A model generated the notes under the pieces. The model was not told the origin of the DNA. It saw only the letters and a list, made by a program, of their open reading frames with translations, and did not search any database. Positions 8,772 to 13,607 of a stretch of 32,000 nt of DNA are shown here, piece by piece (position 1 is the stretch's first letter; the number at the start of each line of letters is the position of its first letter). Source of the DNA: Pseudoalteromonas tetraodonis (lineage in GTDB: Bacteria; Pseudomonadota; Gammaproteobacteria; Enterobacterales; Alteromonadaceae); NCBI RefSeq assembly GCF_002310835.1, contig NZ_CP011041.1, positions 2,130,001 to 2,162,000 on the forward strand, read 5' to 3'. Position numbers and translations under genes: made by a program.

Positions 8772-8864
8772 ACAGAATATGTGTCACTAGGACAACTGAA
8801 TGGTTCGACTCGTTTCAGGCGAGCTGCTTAATAACACTGCACTTCCCTATTTAAAATAGGTAAG

Positions 8865-8940
8865 TGGCGTCCCCAAGGGGATTCGAACCCCTGTTACCGC
8901 CGTGAAAGGGCGGTGTCCTAGGCCTCTAGACGATGGGGAC
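8865..8940 (-). tRNA. tRNA-Glu(UUC) copy 7
   Basis: Same 76-nt sequence, 169-bp period. Confidence 0.97.
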
Positions 8941-9083
8941 ACAGAATATGTGTCACTAGGACAATCGATTAGTTTTACTCACATCCTGAGCTTTAAGGTA
9001 ATGGCGTATAGTACAAATAAAGACTCGAGCTTTATGTGTTACGCTATTTTCTCGGTAAAACCGCCTTTAACTAAAAAGTTAAG

Positions 9084-9159
9084 TGGCGTCCCCAAGGGGA
9101 TTCGAACCCCTGTTACCGCCGTGAAAGGGCGGTGTCCTAGGCCTCTAGACGATGGGGAC
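9084..9159 (-). tRNA. tRNA-Glu(UUC) copy 8
   Basis: Same 76-nt sequence. A unique 143-nt spacer separates it from copy 7. Confidence 0.97.
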
Positions 9160-9195
9160 ACAGAAAACTGTTACCCTAGGACAAACACTAAAAAT

Positions 9196-9271
9196 TGGTG
9201 GAGCTATGCGGGATCGAACCGCAGACCTCTTCGCTGCCAGCGAAGCGCTCTCCCAGCTGAGCTATAGCCCC
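9196..9271 (-). tRNA. tRNA-Ala(GGC)
   Basis: Reverse complement reads GGGGCTATAGCTCAGCTGGGAGAGCGCTTCGCTGGCAGCGAAGAGGTCTGCGGTTCGATCCCGCATAGCTCCACCA. G3:U70 Ala identity pair, anticodon GGC, encoded CCA. First gene of the leftward operon. Confidence 0.97.
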
Positions 9272-9327
9272 AACTTATTCAATACGCTCGGTGATAATCA
9301 CGTCGTGTATCGCTTAGTGCGGGGCGC

Positions 9328-9356
9328 ATTCTATGCACCCCCCAAAATAAAGTCAA
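9328..9356 (-). promoter_or_regulatory. Sigma70 promoter of the Ala-Glu tRNA operon
   Basis: The minus strand reads TTGACT-17 nt-TAGAAT followed by the GC-rich discriminator GCGCCCCGC. It lies about 55 nt upstream of tRNA-Ala and resembles the rrn P1-type TATAATGCGCCACC architecture. Confidence 0.7.
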
Positions 9357-9864
9357 CAGTTTTTTATGCGACATTATTTAAATGGTTTAAATTTCAACAA
9401 ACTGGCTATCATACGTGCTAAAAAACAGATTTTCATACTAATTTAGATGTCATGTTGCGCTTTACGTTGTTGTACTCGCCACATGTATACGACTAAGTAC
9501 CCTATTCAACCGATAATATGAGTTTGAATATGATTTAAAGGGTATACATTTATATGCAAATTAGCTTGGTGCTGTTTTACTACTAAAAAAGCGCTGTTCA
9601 TTCGCATGTTAAACTTTAAGTAACTTTTTATTATCCGCTAATTTGTATCACGCAATACAATTATTGAAAGTTAGCCTTTTATTACATAAATATTTTATTG
9701 TTTATCCGACCACTAATGACATCTATTTAGTCTACGCCGCCGACTTTAAATAAACATTAAGCTTAACAATTGTTCGTTTAATATTAGTTTGTTGATAAAG
9801 TGAACACCGTTCGCACTGTATTGTTTATAAAAGCTTCACTCAGCACATTTTTATCATTCAAGTG

Positions 9865-9892
9865 TTGACACATTTGCAACTCTATCTATAAT
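9865..9892 (+). promoter_or_regulatory. Sigma70 promoter of the tRNA-Val array
   Basis: Consensus TTGACA (9865-9870)-16 nt-TATAAT (9887-9892) followed by the discriminator AGCGCCCC. AT-rich UP-like sequence lies upstream. It is about 40 nt upstream of the first Val gene. Confidence 0.8.
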
Positions 9893-9934
9893 AGCGCCCC
9901 ACAACAACGCAGCAATGTGGTGTTGTTTAGATGC

Positions 9935-10010
9935 GGGTGATTAGCTCAGTTGGGAGAGCATCGCCCTTACAAGGCGAGGGTCACTGGTTCAAGTCCAGTA
10001 TCACCCACCA
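9935..10010 (+). tRNA. tRNA-Val(UAC), type A, acceptor fully paired
   Basis: GGGTGATTAGCTCAGTTGGGAGAGCATCGCCCTTACAAGGCGAGGGTCACTGGTTCAAGTCCAGTATCACCCACCA. Cloverleaf with anticodon loop CUUACAA and encoded CCA. Acceptor pairs GGGTGAT with ATCACCC. Confidence 0.97.
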
Positions 10011-10042
10011 CATTTTAATGTGTCGTATCTAAGATTCTATAT

Positions 10043-10127
10043 GGGCGTTAGCTCAGTTAGAAAAAAGAGAGCTCACCGTTATTTACAAGTAACGGCAAGG
10101 TTCACTGGTTAAAGTCCAGTACTACTA
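10043..10127 (+). pseudogene. tRNA-Val-like degenerate element P1
   Basis: GGGCGTTAGCTCAG... has an enlarged D-loop lacking GG, an extended anticodon stem CCGTTA/TAACGG around TTTACAAG, and T-loop TTAAAGT. There is no 3' acceptor strand, which is replaced by an AT hairpin. Confidence 0.6.
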
Positions 10128-10158
10128 AAATTTAATAGTAGCGTTTGAATTTATATGT

Positions 10159-10234
10159 GGGTGATTAGCTCAGTTGGGAGAGCATCGCCCTTACAAGGCG
10201 AGGGTCACTGGTTCAAGTCCAGTATCACCCACCA
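10159..10234 (+). tRNA. tRNA-Val(UAC), type A
   Basis: Identical to 9935..10010. Confidence 0.97.
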
Positions 10235-10286
10235 CATATAAAACCTATTGTTATATTAATAGTGATATGTATTAAAATTGTAATAT

Positions 10287-10374
10287 GGGTCGTTAGCTCA
10301 GTTACAAGAAATGAGAGCATCACCGCTATTTACAAGTAACGGCGAAGTTCACTGGTTAAAGTCCAGTACTATTT
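10287..10374 (+). pseudogene. tRNA-Val-like degenerate element P2
   Basis: GGGTCGTTAGCTCAGTTACAAGAAATGAGAGCATCACCGCTATTTACAAGTAACGGCGAAGTTCACTGGTTAAAGTCCAGT followed by the ACTATT..AATAGT hairpin. No strand complementary to GGGTCGT is present. Confidence 0.6.
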
Positions 10375-10404
10375 ATTTTAATAGTAGCGTTTTAATTTAT
10401 ATGT

Positions 10405-10480
10405 GGGTGATTAGCTCAGTTGGGAGAGCATCGCCCTTACAAGGCGAGGGTCACTGGTTCAAGTCCAGTATCACCCACCA
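10405..10480 (+). tRNA. tRNA-Val(UAC), type A
   Basis: Identical to 9935..10010, 246 bp after the previous Val gene. Confidence 0.97.
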
Positions 10481-10532
10481 CATATAAAATCTATTATTAT
10501 GTTAATAGTGATTTGTATTAAAATTGTAATAT

Positions 10533-10620
10533 GGGTCGTTAGCTCAGTTACAAGAAATGAGAGCATCACCGCTATTTACAAGTAACGGCGAAGTTCACTG
10601 GTTAAAGTCCAGTACTATTT
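10533..10620 (+). pseudogene. tRNA-Val-like degenerate element P3
   Basis: Identical to P2, 246 bp downstream. Confidence 0.6.
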
Positions 10621-10650
10621 ATTTTAATAGTAGCGTTTTAATTTATATGT

Positions 10651-10726
10651 GGGTGATTAGCTCAGTTGGGAGAGCATCGCCCTTACAAGGCGAGGGTCAC
10701 TGGTTCAAGTCCAGTACGACCCACCA
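10651..10726 (+). tRNA. tRNA-Val(UAC), hybrid: type A 5' strand with type B 3' strand
   Basis: Val body and anticodon are intact, but the acceptor is GGGTGAT vs ACGACCC. This gives G5:G68 and A6:C67 mismatches. CCA is encoded. Confidence 0.75.
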
Positions 10727-10761
10727 TTCTTTGAATGGTGCATATTACAAGATATCTAAAT

Positions 10762-10847
10762 GGGTGATTAGCTCAGTTAGATAAAGAGAGCATCACCGCT
10801 ATTTACAAGTAACGGCGAGGTTCACTGGTTGAAGTCCAGTACTATTT
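10762..10847 (+). pseudogene. tRNA-Val-like degenerate element P4
   Basis: Same architecture as P1-P3 but with a GGGTGAT 5' end. D-loop AGTTAGATAAAGA, T-loop TTGAAGT. The 3' acceptor is replaced by the ACTATT..AATAGT hairpin. Confidence 0.55.
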
Positions 10848-10875
10848 TTATAATAGTTTGTTTTGATTTATATGT

Positions 10876-10951
10876 GGGTGATTAGCTCAGTTGGGAGAGC
10901 ATCGCCCTTACAAGGCGAGGGTCACTGGTTCAAGTCCAGTATCACCCACCA
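10876..10951 (+). tRNA. tRNA-Val(UAC), type A
   Basis: Identical to 9935..10010. Confidence 0.97.
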
Positions 10952-11000
10952 CATATAAAACCTATTATTATGTTAATAGTCATGTGTAAATTTGTAATAT

Positions 11001-11076
11001 GGGTCGTTAGCTCAGTTGGGAGAGCATCGCCCTTACAAGGCGAGGGTCACTGGTTCAAGTCCAGTATCACCCACCA
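11001..11076 (+). tRNA. tRNA-Val(UAC), hybrid acceptor (B 5' strand / A 3' strand), unit 1 of 17
   Basis: GGGTCGTTAGCTCAGTTGGGAGAGCATCGCCCTTACAAGGCGAGGGTCACTGGTTCAAGTCCAGTATCACCCACCA. The body is identical to type A. The acceptor has a C5:C68 mismatch and a G6:U67 wobble. Confidence 0.85.
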
Positions 11077-11125
11077 CATATAAAACCTATTATTATGTTA
11101 ATAGTCATGTGTAAATTTGTAATAT

Positions 11126-11201
11126 GGGTCGTTAGCTCAGTTGGGAGAGCATCGCCCTTACAAGGCGAGGGTCACTGGTTCAAGTCCAGTATCACCCACC
11201 A
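11126..11201 (+). tRNA. tRNA-Val(UAC), hybrid acceptor, unit 2
   Basis: Identical to 11001..11076, 125-bp period. Confidence 0.85.
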
Positions 11202-11250
11202 CATATAAAACCTATTATTATGTTAATAGTCATGTGTAAATTTGTAATAT

Positions 11251-11326
11251 GGGTCGTTAGCTCAGTTGGGAGAGCATCGCCCTTACAAGGCGAGGGTCAC
11301 TGGTTCAAGTCCAGTATCACCCACCA
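11251..11326 (+). tRNA. tRNA-Val(UAC), hybrid acceptor, unit 3
   Basis: Identical to 11001..11076, 125-bp period. Confidence 0.85.
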
Positions 11327-11375
11327 CATATAAAACCTATTATTATGTTAATAGTCATGTGTAAATTTGTAATAT

Positions 11376-11451
11376 GGGTCGTTAGCTCAGTTGGGAGAGC
11401 ATCGCCCTTACAAGGCGAGGGTCACTGGTTCAAGTCCAGTATCACCCACCA
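11376..11451 (+). tRNA. tRNA-Val(UAC), hybrid acceptor, unit 4
   Basis: Identical to 11001..11076, 125-bp period. Confidence 0.85.
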
Positions 11452-11500
11452 CATATAAAACCTATTATTATGTTAATAGTCATGTGTAAATTTGTAATAT

Positions 11501-11576
11501 GGGTCGTTAGCTCAGTTGGGAGAGCATCGCCCTTACAAGGCGAGGGTCACTGGTTCAAGTCCAGTATCACCCACCA
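11501..11576 (+). tRNA. tRNA-Val(UAC), hybrid acceptor, unit 5
   Basis: Identical to 11001..11076, 125-bp period. Confidence 0.85.
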
Positions 11577-11625
11577 CATATAAAACCTATTATTATGTTA
11601 ATAGTCATGTGTAAATTTGTAATAT

Positions 11626-11701
11626 GGGTCGTTAGCTCAGTTGGGAGAGCATCGCCCTTACAAGGCGAGGGTCACTGGTTCAAGTCCAGTATCACCCACC
11701 A
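11626..11701 (+). tRNA. tRNA-Val(UAC), hybrid acceptor, unit 6
   Basis: Identical to 11001..11076, 125-bp period. Confidence 0.85.
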
Positions 11702-11750
11702 CATATAAAACCTATTATTATGTTAATAGTCATGTGTAAATTTGTAATAT

Positions 11751-11826
11751 GGGTCGTTAGCTCAGTTGGGAGAGCATCGCCCTTACAAGGCGAGGGTCAC
11801 TGGTTCAAGTCCAGTATCACCCACCA
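11751..11826 (+). tRNA. tRNA-Val(UAC), hybrid acceptor, unit 7
   Basis: Identical to 11001..11076, 125-bp period. Confidence 0.85.
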
Positions 11827-11875
11827 CATATAAAACCTATTATTATGTTAATAGTCATGTGTAAATTTGTAATAT

Positions 11876-11951
11876 GGGTCGTTAGCTCAGTTGGGAGAGC
11901 ATCGCCCTTACAAGGCGAGGGTCACTGGTTCAAGTCCAGTATCACCCACCA
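11876..11951 (+). tRNA. tRNA-Val(UAC), hybrid acceptor, unit 8
   Basis: Identical to 11001..11076, 125-bp period. Confidence 0.85.
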
Positions 11952-12000
11952 CATATAAAACCTATTATTATGTTAATAGTCATGTGTAAATTTGTAATAT

Positions 12001-12076
12001 GGGTCGTTAGCTCAGTTGGGAGAGCATCGCCCTTACAAGGCGAGGGTCACTGGTTCAAGTCCAGTATCACCCACCA
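12001..12076 (+). tRNA. tRNA-Val(UAC), hybrid acceptor, unit 9
   Basis: Identical to 11001..11076, 125-bp period. Confidence 0.85.
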
Positions 12077-12125
12077 CATATAAAACCTATTATTATGTTA
12101 ATAGTCATGTGTAAATTTGTAATAT

Positions 12126-12201
12126 GGGTCGTTAGCTCAGTTGGGAGAGCATCGCCCTTACAAGGCGAGGGTCACTGGTTCAAGTCCAGTATCACCCACC
12201 A
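12126..12201 (+). tRNA. tRNA-Val(UAC), hybrid acceptor, unit 10
   Basis: Identical to 11001..11076, 125-bp period. Confidence 0.85.
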
Positions 12202-12250
12202 CATATAAAACCTATTATTATGTTAATAGTCATGTGTAAATTTGTAATAT

Positions 12251-12326
12251 GGGTCGTTAGCTCAGTTGGGAGAGCATCGCCCTTACAAGGCGAGGGTCAC
12301 TGGTTCAAGTCCAGTATCACCCACCA
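12251..12326 (+). tRNA. tRNA-Val(UAC), hybrid acceptor, unit 11
   Basis: Identical to 11001..11076, 125-bp period. Confidence 0.85.
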
Positions 12327-12375
12327 CATATAAAACCTATTATTATGTTAATAGTCATGTGTAAATTTGTAATAT

Positions 12376-12451
12376 GGGTCGTTAGCTCAGTTGGGAGAGC
12401 ATCGCCCTTACAAGGCGAGGGTCACTGGTTCAAGTCCAGTATCACCCACCA
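12376..12451 (+). tRNA. tRNA-Val(UAC), hybrid acceptor, unit 12
   Basis: Identical to 11001..11076, 125-bp period. Confidence 0.85.
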
Positions 12452-12500
12452 CATATAAAACCTATTATTATGTTAATAGTCATGTGTAAATTTGTAATAT

Positions 12501-12576
12501 GGGTCGTTAGCTCAGTTGGGAGAGCATCGCCCTTACAAGGCGAGGGTCACTGGTTCAAGTCCAGTATCACCCACCA
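12501..12576 (+). tRNA. tRNA-Val(UAC), hybrid acceptor, unit 13
   Basis: Identical to 11001..11076, 125-bp period. Confidence 0.85.
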
Positions 12577-12625
12577 CATATAAAACCTATTATTATGTTA
12601 ATAGTCATGTGTAAATTTGTAATAT

Positions 12626-12701
12626 GGGTCGTTAGCTCAGTTGGGAGAGCATCGCCCTTACAAGGCGAGGGTCACTGGTTCAAGTCCAGTATCACCCACC
12701 A
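12626..12701 (+). tRNA. tRNA-Val(UAC), hybrid acceptor, unit 14
   Basis: Identical to 11001..11076, 125-bp period. Confidence 0.85.
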
Positions 12702-12750
12702 CATATAAAACCTATTATTATGTTAATAGTCATGTGTAAATTTGTAATAT

Positions 12751-12826
12751 GGGTCGTTAGCTCAGTTGGGAGAGCATCGCCCTTACAAGGCGAGGGTCAC
12801 TGGTTCAAGTCCAGTATCACCCACCA
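12751..12826 (+). tRNA. tRNA-Val(UAC), hybrid acceptor, unit 15
   Basis: Identical to 11001..11076, 125-bp period. Confidence 0.85.
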
Positions 12827-12875
12827 CATATAAAACCTATTATTATGTTAATAGTCATGTGTAAATTTGTAATAT

Positions 12876-12951
12876 GGGTCGTTAGCTCAGTTGGGAGAGC
12901 ATCGCCCTTACAAGGCGAGGGTCACTGGTTCAAGTCCAGTATCACCCACCA
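12876..12951 (+). tRNA. tRNA-Val(UAC), hybrid acceptor, unit 16
   Basis: Identical to 11001..11076, 125-bp period. Confidence 0.85.
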
Positions 12952-13000
12952 CATATAAAACCTATTATTATGTTAATAGTCATGTGTAAATTTGTAATAT

Positions 13001-13076
13001 GGGTCGTTAGCTCAGTTGGGAGAGCATCGCCCTTACAAGGCGAGGGTCACTGGTTCAAGTCCAGTATCACCCACCA
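13001..13076 (+). tRNA. tRNA-Val(UAC), hybrid acceptor, unit 17
   Basis: Identical to 11001..11076. The following spacer diverges (ATGCTAATAGTCATGTTTTAAAGTTG). Confidence 0.85.
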
Positions 13077-13126
13077 CATATAAAACCTATTATTATGCTA
13101 ATAGTCATGTTTTAAAGTTGTAATAT

Positions 13127-13202
13127 GGGTCGTTAGCTCAGTTGGGAGAGCATCGCCCTTACAAGGCGAGGGTCACTGGTTCAAGTCCAGTACGACCCAC
13201 CA
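13127..13202 (+). tRNA. tRNA-Val(UAC), type B, acceptor fully paired
   Basis: GGGTCGT...ACGACCCACCA. The body is identical to the other Val genes and the acceptor pairs perfectly. Last gene of the array, followed by the CACCATT-CTTTG-AATGGTG hairpin. Confidence 0.95.
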
Positions 13203-13237
13203 TTCTTTGAATGGTGCATATTACAAAAATCTAAATC

Positions 13238-13385
13238 CTCCAGTATCACCTTCCATTTTAATATTCATTATCCTCCACTCCTTTAGTTCACGTTCAGTAT
13301 TAATTGCCATTTAGAAATTCGTTATCAAGCAATTCTTCGGTTTCAAAAGATCAGTATTACCAATCACATGCTAAAAACCTATCTT
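13238..13385 (+). pseudogene. Three decayed tRNA-Val 3'-half remnants downstream of the array
   Basis: TCCAGTATCACCTTCCATTTTAAT (about 13238), GTTCACGTTCAGTATTAATTGCCATTT (about 13285) and TCAGTATTACCAATCACATGCTAAAAACCTAT (about 13351) align with GTTCAAGTCCAGTATCACCCACCACAT(A/T)TAAAACCTAT. Confidence 0.5.
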
Positions 13386-13443
13386 CCGAGTTTTATTATC
13401 TCCAAAATCATTTTGTTTAAACTTACTTTATTACGCGTGCTAT

Positions 13444-13466
13444 CCATTTACTTTAAATGGGTTTTT
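13444..13466 (+). terminator. Possible intrinsic terminator of the Val operon
   Basis: CCATTTA-CTT-TAAATGG followed by GTTTTT. The stem is AT-rich, so it is weak. Confidence 0.4.
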
Positions 13467-13607
13467 AGCTCTTTTAAGATAAAAATATAAACCTTTAGAA
13501 TTAATTTGCTTAATAAGCTCTCATCTTCGAAGCGAATCTTTAAATTACCTTGTAAGCGTCTAAACTGTTGATTATAGTCTGTGTTAAATTCAATTACGCT
13601 TAAGCCA

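Larger units (their letters stand above)
7764..9159 (-). repeat. Tandem tRNA-Glu array, basic unit 169 bp (76-nt gene + 93-nt spacer)
   Basis: Unit starts at 7764, 7933, 8102, 8271, 8440, 8696, 8865 and 9084. The 93-nt spacers are near-identical with a few SNPs. Each begins 3' of the tRNA with an AT-rich palindrome CCTATTTAAAATAGG. Confidence 0.95.
10011..10761 (+). repeat. Higher-order 246-bp repeat (Val gene + spacer + pseudo-tRNA element + spacer)
   Basis: Val starts 10159, 10405 and 10651, and element starts 10287 and 10533, are each spaced 246 bp apart. P2 and P3 are identical. Confidence 0.9.
10952..13126 (+). repeat. 17 x 125-bp apparently perfect tandem repeat
   Basis: The unit is the 49-nt spacer CATATAAAACCTATTATTATGTTAATAGTCATGTGTAAATTTGTAATAT plus the 76-nt hybrid Val gene. 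I saw no substitutions by eye between about 10884 and 13097. Confidence 0.9.

Noticed and set aside
8477-10784. ORF-track entries inside the tRNA arrays (8477..8665, 8902..9267, 9152..9421, 10557..10784).
   Set aside because: They read straight through tRNA genes, giving repeated peptides such as MKGRCPRPLDDGD from the Glu gene antisense. They have no RBS. They are artefacts of stop-poor structured RNA sequence.
7764-13202. The regular periodicity (169 bp and 125 bp) could be mistaken for CRISPR arrays.
   Set aside because: The repeated parts are 76-nt cloverleaf tRNAs. The intervening spacers are themselves identical or near-identical rather than unique. No cas genes are present.
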